Sequence record: MK327931.1
Strand: one strand, 5' to 3'
Length of the DNA stretch: 64,000 nucleotides
Origin: Escherichia phage vB_EcoM_G17
Shown: piece by piece, positions 27,223 to 36,671 of the stretch
Layout of the letters: each line of letters starts with the position of its first letter
Position numbering within the stretch: the first letter of the stretch is position 1
Notes under the pieces: model-generated
Databases searched by the model: none
Seen by the model: only the letters and a program-made list of their open reading frames with translations
Told to the model about the DNA's origin: nothing
Translations under genes and position numbers: made by a program

Positions 27223-27893
27223 TTCTTTTTCACCTTAATAAAATTATAACACAAAACCACATCAACATCTGGTTCATCATACAAGTACTCAAAACGTTCT
27301 TTACTTCGTTTAGTACCGATATACTCACCATTCTTATGCCAACGCCATCCACCATCCTTTGGTTGTTCAGACTTAAGTACTGGGTGATAGCACAGGACAA
27401 TTTCTTCTGGACCTTCAATTAGGTTCTTGTACTTATTCATAATCTGTTCAAGCGTATCTGCTACACCATAAGATGGATGCATAAGATAAGACTCAGGACG
27501 TGGACGTCCACTTGGTAGAATATCATCAGTACTATTAAAGATAGCACGGAAGTCTTCAGATGTGTATAGACTTCCATCTTCATGGATCATTGGGTATTCA
27601 TCCACTACATCGTAATCAGTGAAGTGTTCAATTGCATGTCCAGGTCGATAACCTGCAAGGATACCTGCATGTTTAGTCTGGACAATAGTCATAACAGATG
27701 TATTGTTGTTTACAGTTGGATCATGAATTTCAGCCCAGAACGGATGATTTGGGTCAAAAGTTGCATTTACCAATGTACACTCACCAATGTAATCAAACAT
27801 AGTTTCCTTGAAGTTTAAAGAAACCCCACGTAATGCCCAGTCAGGTGAAGTGATGAAATTAAGATTAACTAACATAAGTATCCTCAGATGCAA
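27213..27893 (-). CDS. hypothetical protein (226 aa)
   Basis: Long ORF; no motif recognised. Confidence 0.65.
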   Translation of the reverse strand: MHLRILMLVNLNFITSPDWALRGVSLNFKETMFDYIGECTLVNATFDPNHPFWAEIHDPTVNNNTSVMTIVQTKHAGILAGYRPGHAIEHFTDYDVVDEYPMIHEDGSLYTSEDFRAIFNSTDDILPSGRPRPESYLMHPSYGVADTLEQIMNKYKNLIEGPEEIVLCYHPVLKSEQPKDGGWRWHKNGEYIGTKRSKERFEYLYDEPDVDVVLCYNFIKVKKKCI

Positions 27894-27906
27894 TTTTTTG
27901 ATGTGG

Positions 27907-28122
27907 TTATTGTATCAAAGATGTATCTATTTGTACAACATTTATTGTAACTATTTCGTACATATAGTCAGGTGCATTGAACTCAGCATACCACTCAATG
28001 ATCTCACAGGCAGCATCAACTTGGTTGTTCGCATTAACACGTCTTGCATAGGTACTAGACATTTTATATCTACCATTTACATACACGTTATATACACCAT
28101 GACACCACCACATCTTAGTCAT
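27907..28122 (-). CDS. hypothetical protein (71 aa)
   Basis: ORF in array. Confidence 0.45.
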   Translation of the reverse strand: MTKMWWCHGVYNVYVNGRYKMSSTYARRVNANNQVDAACEIIEWYAEFNAPDYMYEIVTINVVQIDTSLIQ

Positions 28123-28333
28123 TTATGCTAGGCCATACTTTGTATTGTAAGTTCTGGTATTGAAATTTACCAATTTCATTTTTCTTACGGAATGATTCAT
28201 CTACTTGAATTTCCGCATCGTACTGACCATCAGCCTGTACAACGTACTTAAATTCTTCTACGTGTGAAAAACGTTGACCTTCACCTTCTGGTTTATAGAC
28301 TTGTACTAAACCTTCAACTAGATATAAATTCAT
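28115..28333 (-). CDS. hypothetical protein (72 aa)
   Basis: ORF in array. Confidence 0.5.
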   Translation of the reverse strand: MNLYLVEGLVQVYKPEGEGQRFSHVEEFKYVVQADGQYDAEIQVDESFRKKNEIGKFQYQNLQYKVWPSIND

Positions 28334-28336
28334 TTA

Positions 28337-28558
28337 TCATTCCTCATCACTTTCAGTTAGCATAATGCTATGTACAGTTTCCACATAGCGGTGTGTTTTG
28401 GGTGTGTTATACTTTGTAATTTCATCAAACAATTTAAACAGTGCATCTACTTCACTAAGAGCACGAATGAATACATCCATCTTGGTGACTACTCTGGAAA
28501 ACCCGCGTATGTTATTAAATTCAGAGACGTGTTCATACACAACATAGTATCTATTCAT
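28337..28558 (-). CDS. hypothetical protein (73 aa)
   Basis: ORF in array. Confidence 0.5.
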   Translation of the reverse strand: MNRYYVVYEHVSEFNNIRGFSRVVTKMDVFIRALSEVDALFKLFDEITKYNTPKTHRYVETVHSIMLTESDEE

Positions 28559-29073
28559 ATATTAAAAAGTTCCATGAATTCATTGAATAAAGAAGTTCTA
28601 ATGCACATAACAAATTCAAAGTCAACATCGATGGTGTCAAGTAGTTTGAACAACTTTGGTACTAATGGATCATTCACCTCAAAGTTATGAATCAAACTTT
28701 GTTGAAACACATTTTCTTCAGTACTATAATCAATAACAAAATATTCAGCAATACCAGGTGGTGTGTAAACATCATATAAAATATGGCGGTGATGATTTGT
28801 TTTAGAACTAGGGGAATATATAAGTTCTATTTCATAAGATTTATCAGCACTGCGTGCGTAACAAACAATATCAGTACTTGTTATTTCTGAACCATCACTT
28901 CTCTCTGAAAAACAAACATCAGCATAGCGTTTTCCAGAGAGATTCAAAAGATCATGAGTTGTTTTACCATAACAGAAATCAGTTTCAATGCGTATCACAT
29001 CTTGATATTCAATTGGTCTTGTATCGCGGCGTTCACGATTAAACACTAATTTCAACAACTCATTAATATCCAT
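28555..29073 (-). CDS. EE-FQ-S family small protein (outlying member)
   Basis: STEENVFQQSLIHNF matches the family signature seen at 43-63 kb. Confidence 0.55.
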   Translation of the reverse strand: MDINELLKLVFNRERRDTRPIEYQDVIRIETDFCYGKTTHDLLNLSGKRYADVCFSERSDGSEITSTDIVCYARSADKSYEIELIYSPSSKTNHHRHILYDVYTPPGIAEYFVIDYSTEENVFQQSLIHNFEVNDPLVPKLFKLLDTIDVDFEFVMCIRTSLFNEFMELFNI

Positions 29074-29273
29074 TACTTAGTCTCAATAACCTTTAGATTT
29101 ACAAAGTCACCTTTAACCTTCATACATTTGTATTCAGTGCGAGTTTCATCACCAGCATCACGAGGCCAATGAGTTGCAGAGTAACACTGATCAGGTGTTT
29201 TATATACACCTTCACCAACGGTGCGAGTGATTTCACCATTAGTTAGTACTACTGCAAGATATAAAGTAAACAT
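29073..29273 (-). CDS. hypothetical protein (66 aa)
   Basis: ORF in array. Confidence 0.45.
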   Translation of the reverse strand: MFTLYLAVVLTNGEITRTVGEGVYKTPDQCYSATHWPRDAGDETRTEYKCMKVKGDFVNLKVIETK

Positions 29274-29424
29274 ATTAGTCCTTAGAATAATTTATTAATA
29301 ATAATAGCACCCAAACCAAGTACTGCAATAATTGCAGATACCCACATTACCGCGTTCACTGCACCTGTGAGTTCTTTATCAAACTCTCGGCACTTCTTGC
29401 GGTAATCTTCCCACTCTTTGTTAT

Positions 29425-29640
29425 TCACACTACCACTCCTAATAGGTCGGTAGCTTTCTTGAGAACTACATCAATCGTTTCCAGTACTGCACCTTTGTGT
29501 TCAATTGATACAATATTATTATAAGTATCAAGGTCCAAGTACTCCATATATTCTGTTTTGAATACACGAACTTCAGTACTGGTGATTTTAATATCACAAC
29601 CTTTATCCCAAATAACCTGCATCATTTCATTGGTAGTCAT
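29425..29640 (-). CDS. hypothetical protein (71 aa)
   Basis: ORF in array. Confidence 0.5.
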   Translation of the reverse strand: MTTNEMMQVIWDKGCDIKITSTEVRVFKTEYMEYLDLDTYNNIVSIEHKGAVLETIDVVLKKATDLLGVVV

Positions 29641-29915
29641 TATTCAACCTTATCATAAACAAGTTTGTGTGTGCTTAGTACTTTGTTGTGATGTCCAGGG
29701 CATTCATATACATACAATCGCTCCTGACGTTTTTCCCAACCACCACAGATACGACCTGATTGTGTACATATTTCATACTCGTTAATAAAAGACTTGCCTG
29801 TGAATGTACAATCCTGACGAACTAAGTCTTTTGCACTAAACCTGCCGTCATCATTACATGCTGTAAGAAACATTGTACAGAATACAAAGACAACTGTCAA
29901 TAGTTTTTTAATCAT
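29640..29915 (-). CDS. putative lipoprotein
   Basis: MIKKLLTVVFVFCTMFLTAC lipobox-like. Confidence 0.6.
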   Translation of the reverse strand: MIKKLLTVVFVFCTMFLTACNDDGRFSAKDLVRQDCTFTGKSFINEYEICTQSGRICGGWEKRQERLYVYECPGHHNKVLSTHKLVYDKVE

Positions 29916-30280
29916 TGAATATCACCCCAACGGAAACCTTTCATATAATTCAAATTCACCTCAACTAGTTCATGTGTTTTTGTACACCAAATGGAGAGAG
30001 TTTTTGTAACATCACCAGGTTCAGATTCATAATTCACACAATAACCTTCAATGCGTAGAGTTTTGTTAGTCCAATGTTCCCACTCAATCCAAATTTCATT
30101 TGGATAATAAACCATATCTTCTTTGAACGTATGGAATTGATCCATTGGTAAATGACCTTTAACTTCAATTACTTCAGCACTTCGAGCCAGTTTTTCAAGC
30201 TTGTACTTTATTTCAGCAAGATATTCTTCATCATTCAGACGAGTGAATAAATCTGTTGCACGGGTTGTATCAAGGCTCAT
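29912..30280 (-). CDS. hypothetical protein (122 aa)
   Basis: ORF in array. Confidence 0.55.
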   Translation of the reverse strand: MSLDTTRATDLFTRLNDEEYLAEIKYKLEKLARSAEVIEVKGHLPMDQFHTFKEDMVYYPNEIWIEWEHWTNKTLRIEGYCVNYESEPGDVTKTLSIWCTKTHELVEVNLNYMKGFRWGDIQ

Positions 30281-30528
30281 TGTTGTACTCCATTAATCAC
30301 TGAAGTGTTGATTCGTGTTTTTCCGCTAGTGTATCCAGTACTGGTGTTTGCATTAGGACAATAAACTGTATACAACGTTGCACCAGCACCTTCCTGTTGC
30401 ATACGATAAATCTTACATCCTGCTTCTTTTAATTCAGTAGGGAGTTCAAAATCACTTGTGCGTTCTTTGGTTGAAGCATCACATGCAGTGAGTAAAAATG
30501 CGACGAGTACTGCTACAATGTATTTCAT
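30277..30528 (-). CDS. putative lipoprotein
   Basis: MKYIVAVLVAFLLTAC lipobox-like. Confidence 0.6.
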   Translation of the reverse strand: MKYIVAVLVAFLLTACDASTKERTSDFELPTELKEAGCKIYRMQQEGAGATLYTVYCPNANTSTGYTSGKTRINTSVINGVQQ

Positions 30529-30836
30529 TAACGAACCTCCACTTCTTGAGAAAGAGCATGAGTCAGTGCATTTGAGTTCGAACCATTCATTTCACGCTGA
30601 CATACAAACATAATGGCATCTTGTACTGAACCTGCGATTTCATACTCACGACCTTCTGGATCAGTTACCAGATGTTCAACGATACAACCACCTCTCAGTA
30701 CAGAAGCACCAGTACTTACACTAATTCTGTAACCTAAGAAATCAAACTGCATACATGCGTCAGTAGGTTTCATCCAATAACCGCTGTTTTGATTCAAATC
30801 GATGATTACAAAACCTTGAGTGTTAGTTTGAAACAT
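30528..30836 (-). CDS. hypothetical protein (102 aa)
   Basis: ORF downstream of promoter at 30930. Confidence 0.55.
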   Translation of the reverse strand: MFQTNTQGFVIIDLNQNSGYWMKPTDACMQFDFLGYRISVSTGASVLRGGCIVEHLVTDPEGREYEIAGSVQDAIMFVCQREMNGSNSNALTHALSQEVEVR

Positions 30837-30929
30837 AGTTAATTCCTCATTTAATTTAAAAGGGCGGGAACGCAGTGACGAGTACGATTATGCTGTCTTT
30901 CCTTTCACTGCATTCCCTTTGATATAAAC

Positions 30930-30958
30930 ATTATACTGCTATTATTCAGTACTGTCAA
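30930..30958 (-). promoter_or_regulatory. sigma70-like promoter TTGACA-N17-TATAAT
   Basis: Minus strand: TTGACAgtactgaataatagcagTATAAT; shares tttgatataaacattata block with 31279 promoter. Confidence 0.55.
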
Positions 30959-31248
30959 TCGATATAAGTACCTTTTTTAACATCACAGACTTCTTCCATC
31001 CAATGTGGATTTTCGTTTTTATCAGTGAAGATTTGTTCTGCTTCTTCTTTTGTTTCAGCTAGGACAATACGATCCCCTTCATCCAAATCACGGATACGAT
31101 ACACTTTCAGTTCTTGTTTCTTCTCAAGGATATTACACAGTTCACGTGCTTTTTCTTCATCGCACTTCCCTTCATTAGCATAAAACCAAATTGCTTTTTT
31201 AATAAGGTCACGTTCTTCTTTAGAAAAAGACATAATATTTCCTATCAT
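30955..31248 (-). CDS. hypothetical protein (97 aa)
   Basis: ORF in array. Confidence 0.55.
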   Translation of the reverse strand: MIGNIMSFSKEERDLIKKAIWFYANEGKCDEEKARELCNILEKKQELKVYRIRDLDEGDRIVLAETKEEAEQIFTDKNENPHWMEEVCDVKKGTYID

Positions 31249-31278
31249 TTGTTAAAGTGGATTTCGTTTGATATAAAC

Positions 31279-31306
31279 ATTATACAGTACTGATATCTTC
31301 TGTCAA
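31279..31306 (-). promoter_or_regulatory. sigma70-like promoter TTGACA-N16-TATAAT with CAGTACTG
   Basis: Minus strand: TTGACAgaagatatCAGTACTGTATAAT. Confidence 0.6.
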
Positions 31307-31403
31307 GTATTAATCACCAAAAATCATCATATACCCAAAGCAAGCAACACAGATGACTAAAACTAACAATACCAACGATAGCCTCTAACATCATTTTATA
31401 TCC

Positions 31404-31622
31404 TTAATCGATAATTTTATATTCACGATGACCATAGAAGCCAGCTTCAAGGATGCGATTACCATCAGCATCTTCCAAGTCCCAACCACGGGATGTTTCG
31501 GCAATAATAGTCATGATGTGACCTCTTGGGAAAATTCCACTCAGAGTGGATACATCCTCAAGTAATTGAACTTTCTTTCCAACATTGGAATTCGGTTTAA
31601 ACATTTTATGGCCCTTATTCAT
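31404..31622 (-). CDS. hypothetical protein (72 aa)
   Basis: ORF in array. Confidence 0.5.
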   Translation of the reverse strand: MNKGHKMFKPNSNVGKKVQLLEDVSTLSGIFPRGHIMTIIAETSRGWDLEDADGNRILEAGFYGHREYKIID

Positions 31623-31797
31623 TGATCACATCAAGTACTTTGTCCAGCTTTTTACCAATACTTTCCTTTGGTTTCTCACCATTCTGGAATACATTAGTAC
31701 TGCAATACTCAGGACGCGTATTAGGAAACTTCTCGTTCATCCAGGAGTGACCGTAAACACCCAGCATGATGCCAACGATAAGAATGATAATTTGCAT
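31615..31797 (-). CDS. small membrane protein (60 aa)
   Basis: N-terminal hydrophobic segment. Confidence 0.45.
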   Translation of the reverse strand: MQIIILIVGIMLGVYGHSWMNEKFPNTRPEYCSTNVFQNGEKPKESIGKKLDKVLDVINE

Positions 31798-31812
31798 GAT
31801 AATTTCCTCTGA

Positions 31813-32601
31813 TTAAATGTTAGTAGTATAGTACTTGATTTCGTTTTGAATTGCAAGTTCTATTTGTTTATTGAAAAGAATTCCAAACTCTTTAATTGAT
31901 TCACAATCGAATTCAATAGAAAAAGTATACTCTGGTACACGTACATTGTCAATACCCAAATACTCTTTTATGTAAATTTTAATGAGTTTACATAGTGCAG
32001 TACTAAGACATTGAATTTCAAAATGTTTTGCACCTTTGTCAAAATACTTGAATGCATCAATATCACCGACAATAAAACTATTCTTTAATGTAGTGAATAG
32101 GTTCTCAGGAAACACGGTAATAGGTGACATTGATTTAAGAATGTATGTATCTTTGGCATTCTTAATGTACTCAATGAAGCAGTAGTTAACGTCAGGCTCG
32201 ATTGAACGATCCGCGTTATGATACCAGTGTTTAAACTCACTGTACTCAGCAAACTTATGCTGGCGTAATGCGTTACAATCTTCACACAATGCAGTCATGT
32301 TCTCTTTATCATTACCGCCCTGAAGACAGTCCAGTATGTTATGGTCTAACGTCATGCGTACAAGACGTTTCCCTTTAAGTACATAAGGTCTGAATTTATA
32401 ACGTTCTTTAGTACTGTGCTTATGTAAAGTGAATACCACATTGGATTCACCACAACAATCACATTTAAAGCCATCACGTGACATTACATGAATGAGTTTG
32501 CGTGTGTTCGGTCCAAACTCAGATTTAGTAATGTTATCCACAATTTCTGATGGTTGGTAATATTTTGAATTCCGTTGAATCAGTTCATCGATAGTGCTCA
32601 T
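31813..32601 (-). CDS. HNH endonuclease (putative homing endonuclease)
   Basis: CDCCGESNV ... TLDHNILDCLQGGNDKENMTALCEDCNALRQHKF = HNH with flanking Cys pairs. Confidence 0.75.
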   Translation of the reverse strand: MSTIDELIQRNSKYYQPSEIVDNITKSEFGPNTRKLIHVMSRDGFKCDCCGESNVVFTLHKHSTKERYKFRPYVLKGKRLVRMTLDHNILDCLQGGNDKENMTALCEDCNALRQHKFAEYSEFKHWYHNADRSIEPDVNYCFIEYIKNAKDTYILKSMSPITVFPENLFTTLKNSFIVGDIDAFKYFDKGAKHFEIQCLSTALCKLIKIYIKEYLGIDNVRVPEYTFSIEFDCESIKEFGILFNKQIELAIQNEIKYYTTNI

Positions 32602-32832
32602 TTACATTATTCCTTCTATGCAACAACCAAGAATTACTTTTTTAACTTCAACAACTCGTACCAAATAGAATCCATTTGAAAAGTTAAAACTATACATTTG
32701 TACTAAGGCATCTGCTTCAGATTTCGCACGGATACATGATAGATAAATTTCACGTATATCATCATCCAACGATACTTGTTTCTCTGCATTGATGACAATA
32801 GAACGAATCTCAAAACTAACACCATAACTCAT
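32602..32832 (-). CDS. hypothetical protein (76 aa)
   Basis: ORF in array. Confidence 0.5.
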   Translation of the reverse strand: MSYGVSFEIRSIVINAEKQVSLDDDIREIYLSCIRAKSEADALVQMYSFNFSNGFYLVRVVEVKKVILGCCIEGIM

Positions 32833-33038
32833 TGAGTTTGTCCTACAATAAGCTTTGTGTTAGTATTACTATTGTAACACCACATTTGTTCTTTATTAAC
32901 TGTAATCCAAATATCTTTGTTTACTTGTTCGTATGTACTATCACGTACTGCTATGCATTGATTCATGGAATTCATTGGGGTTATTTGTATACCGGAATTA
33001 ACAGAGAAAGCGACTACTAAAAAGATTACTGAATTCAT
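32829..33038 (-). CDS. small secreted protein (69 aa)
   Basis: MNSVIFLVVAFSVNSG signal-like N-terminus. Confidence 0.5.
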   Translation of the reverse strand: MNSVIFLVVAFSVNSGIQITPMNSMNQCIAVRDSTYEQVNKDIWITVNKEQMWCYNSNTNTKLIVGQTQ

Positions 33039-33102
33039 TGGATATTCCTTAATGGTTAATCATCCATCTCTTCGAGATGTCTGTTCGCTTCTAATACTAC
33101 GT

Positions 33103-33131
33103 ATTCTACGCGAATGATTAATAACTGTCAA
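33103..33131 (-). promoter_or_regulatory. sigma70-like promoter TTGACA-N17-TAGAAT
   Basis: Minus strand: TTGACAgttattaatcattcgcgTAGAAT upstream of 32829..33038. Confidence 0.5.
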
Positions 33132-33655
33132 GGACTTTTAATATTGACGGGATTTGAGGAAGGGATTTTTCTTCCCCCCACAAGGAGGGAAATTTGACGC
33201 TGATGGTATCAGAGCTATTGCATTGAAGATTACTCATAACGAGTGCGAAAGCGGGTCATCCTGTTTCTCTCTACTTCAGTTTCATATGACGGTCTACACT
33301 TTTAAACATAGTGTATCTTCATTAAGTATCTATGCAATCAAATACTTAATGTGAGTACTCAAATTTTGGACGCAACTTTCCTGTACAAAATTCGATAACT
33401 CTCCCTTAGATAATTCGTAAGGTGTTATCCTTATATGTCTATCAAGGAACCACCAGCTATCCTAACGTGGTTCTTTATACAGCCGCATTGCCGTGAGGGG
33501 TTCAAACTATGCCCACATCTAACGGGTTTCTTTTGCTGTTCGCACTGTCGGACTGCTCAACTGCCCTCTACGTTTTCGAGTGGATCAGGTACATGAATAT
33601 CATGCCAACAGAATTGTACAAGATAATTATATCACAAACTTTTACTTCATCCCAT
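33132..33655. other. ORF-free island with raised GC; candidate structured non-coding RNA (strand undetermined)
   Basis: About 530 bp without credible ORF in a very dense genome; GC-rich stretches (cgcactgtcggactgctcaactgccctc); ends at a bidirectional terminator. Confidence 0.35.
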
Positions 33656-33690
33656 AAAAAAAGGTTGGCATAAGCCAACCTTTTTTCTTT
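33656..33690. terminator. bidirectional rho-independent terminator
   Basis: aaaaaaaGGTTGGCataaGCCAACCttttttcttt. Confidence 0.75.
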
Positions 33691-34654
33691 AGAAATCTTC
33701 GTATTCGTACCCTTTTGCAAGTACTAGCTTCTTAAGCTTTTGCATAGCTTCACTGTACTTTCGATGTATTGATGAACGGGATTTAACATATTTTCCATTA
33801 TCATCAACAAAACCATTATCAGCAATCTCACGAAGCGTTTCAGGTTCATATTCACCTAGACCATGAACACGCTGGATAATCTCACGTTCTTTAGTACTCA
33901 ATTCGTTAGTCAGTTCATTGATAGCATAACGTAAAGGTGCACGAATACTATCAACATTGAGGTTAAAATCAGAAGCAGGTGAATGAATAATGTCACCTAG
34001 TGTACCATCGGTAACACCGTCTAATGGTGCATCCAGAGAAGTGTATTCGCTTTGAAATAACAAACAGTTATTAACATGCTGAATCTCAATCCCAGTACCC
34101 TCTGAGATTATTTCAGGAGTTGGGCGAACACCATGTTTACGCATATATTCCTGGCAGAATCTTTTTACTTTGATCTTATGAACACTCATATAACGTGGGA
34201 AGTGTACCATATAGTTAGCGTCAGAACTTTCGTTATAAACTGTCATGTAAATACTAGAAGAAGCATAGGTAATGAACTTCACATTCTTATTAAGATCAAA
34301 GGTTTTTAGTGCTCTCATGAACCCCTCAACACCATATGAAATCTTATCTTCAAATGGGATATAACAAGTACATTTACTTGCTACATCAATAATAAGTCCA
34401 TAATTGTAACGAACTAACAGTTCAGTGTTTTTCTTTACATTGATACCAGCTTGAATATCACGAATTAGATCTTCATTGGAAACATTTGGTGGTCGCTTAA
34501 GTGTAATATTATATTTGAAACTGCTTTGTACTTTACCTTCATTTTCATCTTTATCTTCAACGAAATCTAAGGCTTCTAGTGTGTTGACTTCTTCATTAGC
34601 AAAACATTCATCCAGAACTTCTTCGGCAATTGTATTTAAATCAAGCTTTTTCAC
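33689..34654 (-). CDS. sigma-70 family sigma factor (regions 2 and 4 recognisable)
   Basis: YGVEGFMRALKTFDLNKNVKFITYA (region 2.2-like), VHFPRYMSV (2.4-like), C-terminal LSTKEREIIQRVHGLGEYEPETLREIA...KYSEAMQKLKK (region 4.2 HTH-like). Confidence 0.7.
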   Translation of the reverse strand: MKKLDLNTIAEEVLDECFANEEVNTLEALDFVEDKDENEGKVQSSFKYNITLKRPPNVSNEDLIRDIQAGINVKKNTELLVRYNYGLIIDVASKCTCYIPFEDKISYGVEGFMRALKTFDLNKNVKFITYASSSIYMTVYNESSDANYMVHFPRYMSVHKIKVKRFCQEYMRKHGVRPTPEIISEGTGIEIQHVNNCLLFQSEYTSLDAPLDGVTDGTLGDIIHSPASDFNLNVDSIRAPLRYAINELTNELSTKEREIIQRVHGLGEYEPETLREIADNGFVDDNGKYVKSRSSIHRKYSEAMQKLKKLVLAKGYEYEDF

Positions 34655-34675
34655 TTACATCTCCTAATGACGAAA

Positions 34676-35173
34676 TCAAAATCGATATACATTAATATTA
34701 TCATCTGTGAAGCAATCATGGTTATGCACATCCATGAAAGTACTAAACACTTTATCATATAAAGTTGTATGTTCTTCATGAATAGCAGCATCTAGCATGT
34801 ATTCTCCACCACTACCCATAAAGAAAGTGTAGTCTTCATGTAGATATTCAAGTTTTTTAATAAACTTTCCTTTAGTTAAAATCATATGAATAACATAATC
34901 TTTAGAAAGAAGCACACAATGGCAACTTAACTTTCTGTCAGGTATAACTGGTACTTTATTAATTAACCAATCCAGTACTTTATCAATTTCACTTACTGAC
35001 CCACTAGCACTGAATAAACGGTCATGTACATATAAAGTTTTTTGATTAACAACTCCATATTGATATTTTGGTCTTAGTGGGAAAAAACCAAATAAGTTTC
35101 GTGGTATAGTTGACGTAACTCTAGAATCGGTAATCAATAAATTTAATCGTTTATCAATATAAACAGTTGTCAT
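34676..35173 (-). CDS. hypothetical protein (165 aa), immediately downstream of sigma gene
   Basis: ORF in array. Confidence 0.55.
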   Translation of the reverse strand: MTTVYIDKRLNLLITDSRVTSTIPRNLFGFFPLRPKYQYGVVNQKTLYVHDRLFSASGSVSEIDKVLDWLINKVPVIPDRKLSCHCVLLSKDYVIHMILTKGKFIKKLEYLHEDYTFFMGSGGEYMLDAAIHEEHTTLYDKVFSTFMDVHNHDCFTDDNINVYRF

Positions 35174-35174
35174 A

Positions 35175-35594
35175 TTAAACCTTATCTAAGAATTTATCGT
35201 ATATATAAAATTCTTTATCGGTGAATACATTAATTCTAGTATCGAATCTTTGCATCGTGTTCATATACAATGAACTTTTTAAATAAAAATACAAAGCAAC
35301 AAATTCTGATATATGCATATTCTTTTTATTGTTACATAAATTCTTTAGCATTTTGATGCTATCAAATTCTTCTTTATCAAATCTGTACTGGTAAAAATTG
35401 TATCTATTGGAACGGCACTCATAGATACGAAGTGCCATTATATCAATACATTCTTTAGATTTACAGTACTTATTCAATACGTCATAATCACCCGTACATA
35501 ATGCTACAAAGATTTTATGTGCAAGCGTAGCTTTGCCCTCAATCGTATAATAGCCAAAGAATTTAATGATTAAGTACTGAATGAATGTAATCAT
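35175..35594 (-). CDS. hypothetical protein (139 aa)
   Basis: ORF in array. Confidence 0.55.
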   Translation of the reverse strand: MITFIQYLIIKFFGYYTIEGKATLAHKIFVALCTGDYDVLNKYCKSKECIDIMALRIYECRSNRYNFYQYRFDKEEFDSIKMLKNLCNNKKNMHISEFVALYFYLKSSLYMNTMQRFDTRINVFTDKEFYIYDKFLDKV

Positions 35595-35599
35595 TTGAT

Positions 35600-35860
35600 T
35601 TAGAATTTCTCCGAAATTACTAGAGTGTCATCATAATCTTCTGCAATCTCATGAAGAACTTTTAAGTTACTTTCACCAGAAACGCTTTGTACTTCGTTCA
35701 AAAGATAGTTTAGATCAACTTTAGTTACTTTTTCTGAATCAAATACACAGAAAGTCAATTCAGCGTTTGGACAGATCTTCTTCAGATTATCAGCAACAAC
35801 TTGTTTGAAGTTGAAAGATGGGGAAGCAACCAGGTTAACTGCAACGAGAATAGATTTCAT
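35600..35860 (-). CDS. hypothetical protein (86 aa)
   Basis: ORF in array. Confidence 0.5.
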   Translation of the reverse strand: MKSILVAVNLVASPSFNFKQVVADNLKKICPNAELTFCVFDSEKVTKVDLNYLLNEVQSVSGESNLKVLHEIAEDYDDTLVISEKF

Positions 35861-35934
35861 AATGTTTTCCTTTTTAGCTGATAATTAAATTAGGAGCACA
35901 TTGTACTCCATATTATTTGTTATGTAAAATACTT

Positions 35935-36186
35935 TTAGATACCAAGTGCAGTAGATAACTCTTTACGTTTGTTATATGAATCAGATTCAATCTTACTTTT
36001 CTTGTTGAAAAGGGATTCAATATCCTTATAGATTGCTTCGATAGATTTAGTTACTACCCATTCTGATTCTTGAAGCATACCTTGGAGTCGTGCGTACTCA
36101 ACTTTAATAGTACTGCGAAGTTCTTCACAAACTTCTTCATTCTTAATTAGTGCAGCACTAAGTTCTTTGACCTTATCGATGTTCAT
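35935..36186 (-). CDS. hypothetical protein (83 aa)
   Basis: ORF in array. Confidence 0.5.
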   Translation of the reverse strand: MNIDKVKELSAALIKNEEVCEELRSTIKVEYARLQGMLQESEWVVTKSIEAIYKDIESLFNKKSKIESDSYNKRKELSTALGI

Positions 36187-36245
36187 AAGTTCCTTACTCT
36201 AATTTGTTTTTAACAAAATAATTATATATAACATACTAAATTATG

Positions 36246-36671
36246 TCAAGTATTTTTAGTACCTTCTTCTGCCATTTTTGTGATATACCAATTAAGTACT
36301 GATTTGTGTACCATAAAAAATGTGAATGCAAATATAGCAATAGCTGCTGATGTAACACTATTAGATAATGACCCAAGTTGGATGTTAGTACCTAAAATAA
36401 CAATAAATGGATACAACACAATTAATCTACTGTAAGGTTCGTCTCCAGTATCACGGAGAAATACAAGCCTTTCATGATCAGTATCCATTGTGACAATTGA
36501 ACAGAACATAAGTGCAGACATAAGAGCAATACCAATTTGTGCTACATTAGAAATTGTAAACCACAAAGGATTTAAACCATATGAAATATTATTTTCTGTA
36601 CAGTAGTAACCAAACGAATTGAATGCACAAACTAAAAATACAAAAATACAAATCTTATTATAACCTCTCAT
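36246..36671 (-). CDS. polytopic membrane protein (141 aa)
   Basis: Multiple hydrophobic segments. Confidence 0.55.
   Translation of the reverse strand: MRGYNKICIFVFLVCAFNSFGYYCTENNISYGLNPLWFTISNVAQIGIALMSALMFCSIVTMDTDHERLVFLRDTGDEPYSRLIVLYPFIVILGTNIQLGSLSNSVTSAAIAIFAFTFFMVHKSVLNWYITKMAEEGTKNT

Noticed and set aside
33154-33354. Plus-strand ORF 33154..33354 in the ORF-free island
   Set aside because: No RBS at the listed start; the nearby aaggaggg is followed by no in-frame ATG; the region is better treated as non-coding.
33132-33655. tmRNA, RNase P RNA or group I intron as identity of the GC-rich island
   Set aside because: I could not find the tRNA-like 3' end with CCA, a tag reading frame, RNase P conserved boxes, or an interrupted host gene; left as an unclassified candidate RNA.
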